From: Octopus sinensis
Taxonomy: Eukaryota
NCBI RefSeq assembly: GCF_006345805.1
Contig: NW_021835564.1
Location: 1 to 39,001 of the forward strand
DNA: 39,001 nucleotides
Direction: 5' to 3'
Below are positions 23,719 through 35,085 of this stretch, in pieces (the stretch's first letter is position 1; every line of letters begins with the position of its first letter). Position numbers and translations under genes: made by a program. The notes beneath the pieces are model-generated. The model worked only from the letters and a program-made list of their open reading frames with translations. It did not search any database and was not told the origin of the DNA.

Positions 23719-23736
23719 TCTGGTGATTCACCTTAG

Positions 23737-23814
23737 AACCTTGCCTTGGATTGAACTAGGAACTTTTAGGTGACAGCGCTTCGTTTCAGTGCCTTTATCC
23801 ACTACGCTATGTCC
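23737..23814 (-). mobile_element. tRNA-derived Pol III head
   Basis: Minus strand A box TAGCGTAGTGG and B box AGTTCAATCC within a T-arm-like stem. Confidence 0.65.
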
Positions 23815-24465
23815 TATGGGCAAAGCGTAGAGGGTGAGGACGCTAGCTAAGGCAGAGCAATCCTAGACAAGGTATATATGTGTGTGAACTGTATAAACAT
23901 TACATTTATGTATATATATGTGTGTAGAAATGGGAATAACTATATGATTAATATTTGTACTCCCAGTTTTATTTTTAATCATTTAAAAACAAATTTGGCA
24001 TAACTTCGGTATAGGTACCAGAAGTACCCGATACATTTCAAGAAAGTGTTTTTTTTTTATATATATGGGGGGGGGGGGGGGGGGAGAAACAGGTTTCTGT
24101 TATCTTCAGAAATGTAAACAAAGCCACTTAGGGTACCTATACCGAAGATCGCCACAATTTTTTTTTATAGGGACATCGTATTTTCGCGTGTTGATTAAAT
24201 TGCTATACAGGTATATTCTATTTCCACCTGCTGTTTTACATTTCTACGCTCGTGTCTGGCAGCAACCGTGTGTCATAATATGAGAGAAATATTTCAGCGT
24301 CCTGAAAATGACTTGCATTAAAAAACAGTTTTTTTTTTTCTTTTTCATTTATTTGCGGTTTCTTAAATCCTGTCTGGTGATGATCACAGATTTAATCCCT
24401 CCTTGCAGGGAGTCGCTCATGCACGTCCAGGATGTTTGTTATTCCCTATTATTATCATTATCATT

Positions 24466-24530
<65 letters not shown>

Positions 24531-24531
24531 T

Positions 24532-24872
<341 letters not shown>

Positions 24873-25060
24873 ATGTCAATGAATTGTTGAAAGAATAATA
24901 ATCGAAAATAAATCTGCTGATTATTTTTTTAAAACTTATTGATTTCTCTTGTTATTTTTATAAACTGTTGTCTGTAATTAATGTAATTGCAATTAATAAA
25001 AATGTTTGCAGGGTTGGAACAACGAATGGCGGCCAAAAAATGGCTACATGGTATTTAGAA

Positions 25061-25481
25061 GGCGGCGAGCTGGCAGAACCGTTAGCACGCCGGGCGAAAT
25101 GCGTAGCCGTATTTCGTCTACCGTTACGTTCTGAGTTCAAGTTCCGCCGAGGTCGACTTTGCCTTTCGTCCTTTCGGGGTCGATAAATTAAGTACCAGTT
25201 ACGCACTGGGGTCGATGTAATCGACTTAATACCTATGTCTGTCCTTGTTTGTCCCCTCTATGTTTAGCCCCTTGTGGGCAATAAAGAAACAGGTATTTCG
25301 TCTGCCGTTACGTTCTGAGTTCAAATTCCGCCGAGGTCGACTTTGCCTTTCATCCTTTCGGGGTCGATTAAATAAGTACCAGTTACGCACTAGGGTCGAT
25401 GTAATCGACTTAATCCGTTTGTCTGTCCTTGTTTGTCCCCTCTGTGTGTAGCCCCTTGTGGGTAGTAAAGAAATAGGTATT
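25061..25481 (+). mobile_element. SINE family B, internally duplicated (dimeric) form
   Basis: GGCGGCGAGCTGGCAGAA head; the body is repeated from GGTATTTCGTCTGCCGTTACG at ~25292. Confidence 0.88.
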
Positions 25482-25645
25482 TAGTTTGGTTATTTTGTGT
25501 TCTGAGGTCGAATTTGATTTGTATCCTCCAGGTGGTGGTGGTGGTGGAGTTGATAAACTGATTACGAATCAAGAGCAATCATCGATGTAATCAATTACAC
25601 AGTTTCAAAAACAAACAAATAAGCAAAAAAGTTTCGTGCCACATA

Positions 25646-25721
25646 CCCCACGTGGTGGCCTAATGAGCAAGGCGTCTAACTTCGAATAAGAAGATTGCGA
25701 GGTCGAGTCTCGTCGTGGTCG
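25646..25721 (+). tRNA. tRNA-Arg(TCG)-like gene, probably a pseudogene
   Basis: It aligns to the metazoan tRNA-Arg(TCG) pattern GACCACGTGGCCTAATGGATAAGGCGTCTGACTTCGGATCAGAAGATTG..GTTCGA..CGTGGTCG; the anticodon loop is CTTCGAA. There is a GTG duplication near the 5' end and substitutions in the A and B boxes. Confidence 0.8.
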
Positions 25722-25742
25722 AATCCTTTGTTTGAGATTGGC

Positions 25743-25814
25743 AAAATGATGTGGACGCCTCTGATGAGAAACCCAATACGGTTCGAAAATCGATTAAGGC
25801 TGTTCATCATTTTT
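25743..25814 (+). ncRNA. Type I hammerhead ribozyme
   Basis: Stem I AAAAUGAU..GGAC-GCCU / AGGC-u-GUUC-AUCAUUUU; CUGAUGA 25761-25767; stem II GAA(A)CC/GGUUC; GAAA 25785-25788; stem III A-ucga-U (palindromic AUCGAU); UUA triplet, predicted cleavage after 25796. Confidence 0.8.
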
Positions 25815-26050
25815 TAAGGTGGTGCTCCAGCATGGCCGCAGCCAAATGGCTGAAACAAGTAAAAGAATAAAAGCTGTTCTTGTTTCAGTTATTTGACTGC
25901 GGTAATTTGTGGATCAAGAAAACTCTTCTTATCAAACAATATAGACGAGGAATTAGCAACGGAACTGAGATGAATAGCGCCAACTGAATTTTCTAACCAC
26001 ATCACCTTATCTACTTCTTACCTACTCATATTTTCTTCCATGTTGAATTT

Positions 26051-26286
26051 AAAAAGAGACCGATAGAATAAGTACTGGGCTTACAAAAGAATAATCGAGT
26101 TGCTCGATTAAAGGCGGTGCTCCAGCATGGCCGCAGTCAAATGACTGAAACAAGTAATAGAGTAAAAGAGTATCACGCATCCAATACTGCGAACGATTAA
26201 AGGCGGTGCTCCAGCATGGCCGCAGTCAAATGACTGAAACAAGTAATAGAGTAAAAGAGTATCACGCATCCAATACTGCGAACGAT
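26051..26286 (+). mobile_element. SINE family A tail with an 89-bp tandem duplication spanning its 3' junction
   Basis: GATTAAAGGCGG at 26106 and 26195; each copy includes the unique flank TATCACGCATCCAATACTGCGAAC. Confidence 0.85.
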
Positions 26287-26407
26287 AAATCTCTTGGCGT
26301 TGTCTTGTCTCAAATTGGTACAATTTTGAGCGAATTAGATTGCTTTTAGAAATAGACGAATTCTATTAATGAATGACGTCACGTTTGATAATCCGAATTA
26401 ATTTGGA

Positions 26408-27292
26408 TTAAAAAAAACTACGTTGAATAAAAAACTACGTAGACAAAAATACGTAAAAAAATCTACGCTAAATGAAAATACTACGTTAAATGTTTTTAAA
26501 ACTACGTTAAATGAAAAACCTACGTTTTATACAAAAATCTACATTACTTTAAAAGCTACGCTAAATTTTTAAAAAACTGTGTTAAATTTTTAAAAAAAAC
26601 TAGGTTTAATTGAAAAAAACTGAGTTTAATAAAACATCATACATTAATTTATAAACTGCGTTAAACAAAAAATCTACGTTAATTTAAAAAAAAAACTAGG
26701 TTTGATTAAAGAAACTACGTTTAATAAAAAGAAACTACGCTGAAAAAAAACTACGTAAAAAAGACTACGTAAAAAACCTACGTTAAAAAAAAACAGCGTT
26801 AAAATAAAAAATACGTTTAATAAAAGAACTACGTTAAATAAAAAAAATCTACGTTAAATTAGAAAAATACTACGTTAAATAAAAAAAAAACTACGTTGAA
26901 TTAAAAAGCTAAGTTTAATTTAAAAACAAGATTAAATACAAAAAACTACGATAAATTGAAAAAACTGCGTTAAATTTATTTTAAATAAGTAAAATTAAAA
27001 AACTACGTTATGTAAAACTACGTAAAAAATACGTTAAATAAAAATACTATGTTAAATTTTAAAAACTACTTTGAATTTAAAAAAATAACTACGTTTGATT
27101 AAAAGAAACTAGGTTAGATAAAAAAAAAACTACGTTGAATAAAAAGCGCGTTAATTAAAAAAATTACGTTAAATTAAAAAAAACTGCCTAAATTTTTTTA
27201 ATATGTTAAATTAAAGAATATACGTTATGTAAAAAAACTACGCAAAAATAAGAAAAAACTACGTTGAATTAATAAAACTACGTTTGATAAAA
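26408..27292. repeat. A-rich degenerate minisatellite (core AAAAACTACGTT, ~20-22 bp, roughly 40 units)
   Basis: Visible directly. Confidence 0.9.
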
Positions 27293-27293
27293 T

Positions 27294-27680
27294 AAACACA
27301 GAGAGGACAAACATGGACAGACATGCAGATTAAGTGGATTATATCGACCCCAGTACGTAACTGGTACTTATTTAATCGACCCCGAAAGATTGAAAGGCAA
27401 AGTTGACCTCGGCGGAATTTGAACTCAGAACGTAACGGCAGACGAAATACCTATTTCTTTATTACCCACAAGGGGCTAAACAGAGGGGACAAAGAAGGAC
27501 AGACATCGGTATTAAGTCGATTACATCGACCCCAGTGCGTAACTGGTACTTAATTTATCGACCCCGAAAGGATGAAAGGCAAAGTTGACCTCGGCGGAAT
27601 TTGAACTCACAACGTAACGCAGACGAAATACCGCTAAGCATTTCACCCGGCGTGCTAACGTTTTTGCCAGCTCGCTGCCT
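27294..27680 (-). mobile_element. SINE family B, dimeric form
   Basis: Reverse complement of 25061-25481, including the internal duplication. Confidence 0.88.
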
Positions 27681-28985
27681 TCATATATAGTTTCCATCAG
27701 CTCGCCGCTGCATATATAGTCTTCTGTTAAACTTTACTATGTGTTTCTTATGCTAGCTCCCATTGCGTGTGCAATCATTCTTTTCACCTGATTGTTGTTC
27801 TCAGGGTCCTGGGAGGGAATGACCAAGCATCTCCAGCGCTCTGCGGTGATTTTCTTCATTGCCGAGGTGATGGTGGGTGGTTTTCCTTTCTGTTTATTTA
27901 TTAATATATGGCAAAAATGAATTTTATTTCCATAACTGCCATGCAAAACTACATCAGTACACCAAATTTGAAAACAGTTGAAACAAAATAAAAAACAAAA
28001 CACATTAAAAACTGTGATTGCAATAGAAAAGATCACACACGCACACACATACACACACGCACACATACACATATACACACACAACCACACGCACGCACAC
28101 ACGTGCTAGTATATTATATACTTGGAACACCCGCTGGTGGTGGATATAAGATATTAACAGTCGCTATTGTTCAAAAGTATTAAATGACAGATGCTTTGTA
28201 ACGATAACAATCATGTTTTTGTTGTATACTGTAGGATGTGAAAGATCAACGATGCATAAAGTTTTTATGGAAATGTTTATTTACCGTTACGTTACAGTTA
28301 CCTTGCCTCGACAGGCAGGTTTTGATTCATCCAAAAGCATGCGAAGTAAAGTTTGTGTTTGTGTCTTCTTCATTGTTTGGTAGTAGTAAATACAGAGAGA
28401 GTAAATACAGAGAGAGATAGAATGATGTTGCAAGAGAACATATTTGGAGCTAGTGATAGTGAGAGAGTATGAGACGTTGTCTTTTCCTTCTGGCCGTGTT
28501 GTCTGCCTGCTTCCATGATTCTAGTGGTCGGTTCACCAACTGATGTTAGCTCTCTCTCAACTCACGAGTTCGTTACCAAGGTGACTAACTACGTTGAGTC
28601 GTCACGACTGTGACGAACTGATTTTTGCTTGGGATGTGCTGGCTTATATAACAATCCAGAAGGACAGACGTATCATTGGGAGCAATAGATTTAGTTGGTG
28701 GCCTTGTTATCTCTATTCTAGCTTTTGGTGAAGTAGAAGAGGTTAGAAAGGGTCAAGTGGTGAAGACATTATTTCGGCTTAGCTAAAGGCATCTGGAAAA
28801 TGTAAAAGTGCTCTCTGAGAAAAACCATTGTGCCATCATGGGAATAGTTCTGTTGCAGTGTTAATTTAAATTTGGCTATAGTGGATCGAATCCACTTCAT
28901 GCATGCAGGATTCACTACAGTTTCTTTCATAGTTTTCTAAGAGCAGCCGACAGTTCATGAAGTGCACGAAAATTATTAACGATAT

Positions 28986-29439
28986 GGCGCAGGAGTGGCT
29001 GTGTGGTAAGTAGCTTGCTTACCAACCACATGGTTCCGAGTTCAGTCCCACTGCGTGGCACCTTGGGCAAGTGTCTTCTACTATAGCCTCGGGCCGACCA
29101 AAGCCTTGTGAGTGGATTTGGTAGACGGAAACTAAAAGAAGCCTGTCGTGTGTGTATGTATATATATGTGTGTTTGTCCCCCACCTCAACATCACTTGAC
29201 AACCGATGCTGGTGTGTTTACGTCCCTGTTGGGGGGGGTGTCAAACATAGACACACAAACACACACACACATATATATATACACACATATATACGACGTG
29301 CTTCTTTCAGTTTCCGTCTACCAAATCCACTCACAAGGCTTTGGTCGACCCGAGGCTAATGTAGGAGACACTTGCCCAAGGTGCCACGCAGTGGGACTGA
29401 ACCCGGAACCATGTGGTTGGTAAACAAGCTACTTACCAC
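28986..29439. mobile_element. Two SINE family A copies in inverted (tail-to-tail) orientation
   Basis: Plus copy 28986-29226 and minus copy ~29231-29439. Confidence 0.88.
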
Positions 29440-29768
29440 CTTATACTAATGGATCATGAAAACAACAGCAAAAAATTAGGTAAAAGCAAATGAATAAATA
29501 AATAAATAAAAGAAGCAAATAAATGAAGTGGAAACAATTTTGCCAACACAATCAAATGTAGACGTATTAATCAGCAACGAGATACGTTTGGTTTTGTGAA
29601 GTATTTTTGCAAGCTGTTACAAAACAGCTTTTATAAAATAATAAATGCATTTGGATTCGTGGGAAGAACAAACTGCAGCCAATTATCAGCTTCTATAAAT
29701 AATGAATCGCCTCGGAAACACACAAATTAATTCAGATTAACGTCATTCATTCATAGAATTCATCTCTA

Positions 29769-30425
29769 TCTCTCTCTATATAAAGCTAAATTTGTCTCTG
29801 CGTTTATGGCATGTTTGGTAGCCTTCAACTAACACTATCTCCTCCGAGACCCTGCGGCGCAAGTTGACCAAAATTAAGAGTATGATAGAAGAAGGCTTGC
29901 CTCTTCCTTCCGTAGAAGAAAAAATTCAAATCGGACCATGTTAACACCAAAAATTATTAACATCAATAAGGTGCTTTTTTTCTATGAAAATCCCTAATTT
30001 TTACGATTTTTTGACTGCTGTTATTTTTCTCTTTTTAATCTCTCTGTATATAAAGTTTTCTGTGTATGGCAGGTTTGGTAGCCTTCAACTAACACCATCT
30101 CCTCCGAGACCCTGCGGCGCAAGTTGACCAAAATTGAGAGTATGATAGAAGAAGGCTTGCTCTTCATTCCGTAGAAGAAAAAATTCAAATAGGACCATGT
30201 TAACACCAAAAATTATTAACATCAAAAAGGTGCTTTTTTTCTATGAAAATCCCTATTTTTTTACGATTTTTTGACTGCTGTGTCGCCATTTTTCAGTGTA
30301 TTTCAACCAGAAAAATGTTCACTTAAAGAGAATAACAAGCTACATAATGCAACATTTTTACTTTTCAAAAATTCCAATTCTAAAGGGTCGAAACAAACCC
30401 GAGCAACGCCGGGTTATACTGCTAG
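29769..30425 (+). mobile_element. Helitron-type non-autonomous element: 5' partial copy (29769-30020) plus full copy (30039-30425)
   Basis: A|TC 5' ends; 3' hairpin CCCGAGCAACGCCGGG followed by CTAG|T. Confidence 0.85.
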
Positions 30426-30658
30426 TAAAATAATAAATGCATTTGGATTCGTGGAAAGAACCAACTGCAGGCTACCAACAGCTTCTATAAATAATGAATG
30501 GCGTCGGAAACATAAAAATTAATTCGGATTATCCAACGTGACGTCATTCATTAATAGAATTCGTCTATTTCTAAAAGCAATCTAATTCGCTCAAAATTGT
30601 ACCAATTTGAGACAAGACAACGCCAAGAGATTTATCGTTCGCAGTATTGGATGCGTGA

Positions 30659-31058
30659 TACTCTTTTACTTGTTTCAGTCATTTGACTGCGGCCATGCTG
30701 GAGCACCGCCTTTAATCAAGCAACTCGACCCCGGGACTTATTCTTTTGTAAGCCCAGTACTTATTCTATCGGTCTCTTTTGCCGAACCGCTATGTAACGG
30801 GGACATGAACACACCAGCATCGGTTGTCAAGCAATGCTAGGGGGACAAACACAGACACACAAACACACACACGCATATATATATATACATATATACGACG
30901 GGCTTCCTTCAGTTTCCGTCTGCCAAATCCACTCACAAGGCTTTGGTCGGCCCGGGGCTATAGGAGAAGACACTTGCCCAAGATGCCACGCAGTGGGACT
31001 GAACCCGGAACCATGTGGTTGGTAAGCAAGCTACTTACCACACAGCCACTCCTGCGCC
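30659..31058 (-). mobile_element. SINE family A, full length
   Basis: Canonical head and tail on the minus strand. Confidence 0.88.
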
Positions 31059-31237
31059 TTGATGGTATAAAACTGAAAGAAAGCAGAGTTGATGTTGCTT
31101 GCTGGTCATCTTCATCATCCGGTTGAGTATTTGATCCGAACCATTGCAGCTCTTCCACGCCCAGTTGAACATCTGGCTTGGGTTTTAGTCACACTGGCTT
31201 TTCCCCTCGCTGAAATATCTCATCGGCGCACTTCACC

Positions 31238-31917
31238 GAAGACGCTCGACCTTTATTCTCTAGAAAAACGACGACGCCGTGGTGATCTCATTCTTGCTCA
31301 CAACATCATAAGCGGAAAGTGTAACCTCTCGAAAGAGCTGTTCTTCACTCCTGCTCCAGAGCGCCAGCTGCGGGGTCACTCCGAAAAGCTCCATCTGCGA
31401 CGATTTCATCTCAATCGAAGGAGAGGAGCTTTCTCCGTTCGGGTTGCGGATCCGTGGAATAAGCTGCCGGACGAGATAGTGAAGATGCCGACGACCGCTC
31501 GGTTCAAAGTCTCTCTTGACCAGAAATGGCCTGAACTCTTTGCATGAACACCACCCTGTACATAACTCCATGTCCCCCTACATGGCCTCACAACATCATA
31601 AGCGGAAAGTGTAACCTCTCGAAAGAGCTGTTCTTCACCCCTGCTCCAGAGCGTCGGCTGCGGGGTCACTCCGAAAAGCTCTATCTGCGACGATTTCATC
31701 TCAATCGAAGGAGAGGGGCTTTCTCCGTCCGGGTTGCGGATCCGTGGAATAAGCTGCCGGACGAGATGGTGAAGACGCCGACGACCGCTCGGTTCACAGT
31801 CTCCCTTGACCACAAATGGCCTGAACTCTTTACTGAACACCACCCTGTACATAACTCCATGTCCCCCTACATGGCCTTGCTTTTTGCTTTTTGAGCCAAA
31901 AACTTAACTTAACTTAA
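31238..31917 (+). mobile_element. CR1/L2-group LINE 3' end with a 290-bp tandem duplication and (ACTTA)n tail
   Basis: LYSLEKRRRRGDLILAHNIISG...RGHSEKL...RRGAFSVRVADPWNKLP; TCACAACATC at 31298 and 31588. Confidence 0.9.
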
Positions 31918-32731
31918 ATGGTAACAGTAGTTCGCTAACGAAACTGGTTGATCCTGGCCGTTGACAGTTTGTTGCCTGTTCATCCGCTCAGCTTCTGGTG
32001 GTGATATTCGCCATTGACTCAATAAGTTCATCTGCCGAAATAGCCCACATCCACCAAGCTGCGTCCCATGGTTTCAGTTTACCCTAGTTTGGGTGGTTAC
32101 CCGCTATTTAACCCATTGCTGGAATCCTGATAGGTACTACTACTCCGGGTCAGAATGGATCAGGGAACAATAATAGTTAAGAGTTAATTCCTCATGCTTC
32201 AAAACCATGGAACTTTCGAATCTCCAGGGCCCCACTACCGGATGTAGTTTAAAGTCATACCTAGTTGTCTATAAGTTAGAGTCCTTAATTTCTTTGTCAC
32301 CATATTTTGATTGAAGAACACTACTTTTGTTGTGTCTGGGGAGTCATTTTCTTTTGTGCCTTATAATTTAACACACTCACCGGTAAAATTTCCTCTTATT
32401 TCTTATTTTTATTTTCCTAAAATTTTCTTTGCGTCTTGCAACCTTTTCAATAGTCTTGACTCTCTAAGGCACAAAAAGTGGGTTGGCATCAAAAGGGTTA
32501 AACTTGTGTTTAGAGCATAAATTAGCACAAATAGTCTTGACTCTATAAGGCACAAAAAGAGAATGACTCTCTCCAGACACAACAAAATATGCTTCAACAC
32601 ACGAACTCACATAAAGAATCTTGCAAACCAAATCCAAAAACGAAATACACTGCTTTTGTTTCAATGAATCTTTAAAATATTGTAGGATTTAGTAAAATTA
32701 TTTTGTCATTTGTGGCGTTTAGAGCATAAAT

Positions 32732-33606
32732 GGATCTTTTCGGTTTCAACGGCAGTTTTTTTTTAATAATTTCGACGTAACTAAACACTTTTAAACTTCG
32801 TATACTCGTGGAATCTCTTATGATAAAAGGCAGATTTTATCTGCCTCCCAAACCGTTCGTTTTTTATACAATTCTACAATATAGAATTTCTTCAATTGGA
32901 ATTTACCTATCATTTTTCCAAGTAGATTCCATTAGGTCATGGCATGTAAAATTTTTTCAATTTCACCCCCAATTAAGCAAAAATTTGAGAAAACTCAATA
33001 TTTTACGATTTCCCTCTTTCATTTCAAGTGTTTCACTCCTACCATTACCACTACACTTTCTCCTCCTTTCTCTTTGCAAGTGTGCAACAATTAAAGTGAA
33101 AGTATTTATATAACAGGGATGAACTGATTCACTCATGCTATCACCCTAATTTCTCCTACTTTCTCTTTGCAAGTGTACCTTAAACCACTACTCAAAAAAA
33201 AAAAAATACACAGCAAACAGAAACAAATAAATACATAACGATTTACTCCTCACACAATTTCTTCAATTAGAGTTTACCTATGATTTTTCCAAGTACATTC
33301 CGTTCGGTCATGGCATACAAATTTCTTTCAATTAATTCTATAGTTTGTAATATATTTGTTGTAATATATTTTCTTCAATTTCTGCAATTTCAACCAATCA
33401 GTGACGTCTATTGAGGTAAAAAAAACATTCTGTGCCGTATGAATATGTCCCACGTTTAAGAAACAGATTGGGTTTATTTACATTTGTGAAGAAAAAAAGA
33501 TACCCTTCCCCCCACCCCTAACCCTAAATGTAAAATAGATCGAAATACAATAGATCGATACTAGGGTCATAATTATGGGTGACAATTTCATATGACACCG
33601 CTAGAA
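32732..33606 (-). mobile_element. 28-bp-TIR MITE in reverse orientation, interrupted by a ~550-bp insert
   Basis: TIR at 32732; homology to 11842-12247 resumes at ~33380 and ends at 33606. Confidence 0.7.
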
Positions 33607-33766
33607 CGGATTTAAAGTAGATCACTTTGAACATGGGAAGTTTGTATCATAGAACCAGGGGCGGCCTCAATGGGTTGGTATCAAAAGGTTAAACTGTGTT
33701 TAGTGCATAAATTAGCATGAAATTTTGACTGAGAGTTTTAATTTAGATCGTTTTAAAAGCATAAAA

Positions 33767-34152
33767 GTGGAGGCGCAATGACCCAGTGGTTAGGGCAGCG
33801 GACTCGCGGTCATAGGATCGCGGTTTCGATTCCCAGACCGGGCGTTGTGAGTGTTTATTGAGCGAAAACACCTAAAGCTCCACGAGGCTCCGGCAGGGAA
33901 TGGTGGTGATCCCTGCTGTACTCTTTCACCACAACTTTCTCTCACTCTTACTTCCTGTTTTCTGTTGTACCTGTATTTCAAAGGGCCGGCCTTGTCACTC
34001 CCTGTGTCACGCTGAATCTCCCCGAGAACTACGTTAAGGGTAAACGTGTCTGTGGAGTGCTCAGCCACTTACACGTTAATTTCACGAGCAGGCTGTTCCG
34101 TTGATTCGGATCAACCGGAACCCTCGTCGTCGTAACCGACGGAGTGCTTCCA
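33767..34152 (+). mobile_element. SINE family C, full length
   Basis: Head GTGGAGGCGCAATGACCCAGTGG; tail CGTAACCGACGGAGTGCTTCCA. Confidence 0.88.
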
Positions 34153-34447
34153 AAAATAAAAACATAAAGGGACAAGGTCAGCCTGTGCGTGCGTGTGTGT
34201 GCGTATCTATACAGAAATGAAGATGGCAGAGCCCATAGCTTCGAATCGATAGAGCGGTTCTACAGCCGTCACTTACAGGAAATGCTCCGTAGCTATGTAC
34301 GTAGTGAATCAACTCTGTGTTCTGTGTTCAATTCTTGCTTGAGGTCAACTTTTCTTTACGTCCCTCCGAGGTAAATAAATTGAATTATCTGTTCGGAAGT
34401 AAATTAATAGATTTATCCAGAATTGAATTAATTTTTGTTAAAGTAAC

Positions 34448-34608
34448 GGAGTGGCTGTGTGGTAAGTAGCTTGCTAACCGACCACATGGTTCCGGGTTCA
34501 GTCTCACTGCGTGGCATCTTGGGCAAGTGTCTTCTGCTATAGCCCCGGGCCGACCAATGCCTTGTGAGTGGATTTGGTAGACGGAAACTGAAAGAAACCC
34601 GTCGTATA
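34448..34608 (+). mobile_element. SINE family A 5' half
   Basis: Canonical head. Confidence 0.8.
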
Positions 34609-34699
34609 TGGCATCAAAAGGTTAAACTGTGTTTAGTGCATAAATTAGCTTGAAATTTTGACTGAGAGTTTTAATTTAGATCGTTTTAAAAGCATAAAA

Positions 34700-35085
34700 G
34701 TGGAGGCGCAATGGCCCAGTGGTTAGGGCAGCGGACTCGCGGTCATAGGATCGCGGTTTCGATTCCCAGACCGGGCGTTGTGAGTGTTTATTGAGCGAAG
34801 AACACCTAAAGCTCCACAAGGCTCCGGCAGGGGATGGTGGTGATCCCTGCTGTACTCTTTCACCACAACTTTCTCTCACTCTTTCTTCCTGTTTCTGTTG
34901 TACCTGTATTTCAAAGGGTCGGCCTTGTCACTCTCTGTGTCACGCTGAATATCCCCGAGAACTACGTTAAGGGTAAACGTGTCTGTGGAGTGCTCAGCCA
35001 CTTGCACGTCAATTTCACGAGCAGGCTGTTCCGTTGATTCGGATCAACCGGAACCCTCGTCGTCGTAACCGACGGAGTGCTTCCA
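34700..35085 (+). mobile_element. SINE family C, full length
   Basis: As 33767-34152, and sharing the same ~90-bp 5' flank. Confidence 0.88.

Noticed and set aside
24103-24109. Minus-strand CTGAAGA followed by GAAA
   Set aside because: Only 5 unpaired nt separate the core halves, and stem I cannot be formed.
27737-28102. 121-aa minus-strand ORF or hidden exon
   Set aside because: It begins in a (TG)n tract, shows no recognisable homology and has no supporting neighbouring exons.
28425-28800. Possible solo LTR
   Set aside because: A TATA-like motif is present, but I could not identify TG..CA ends, a TSD or a second copy.
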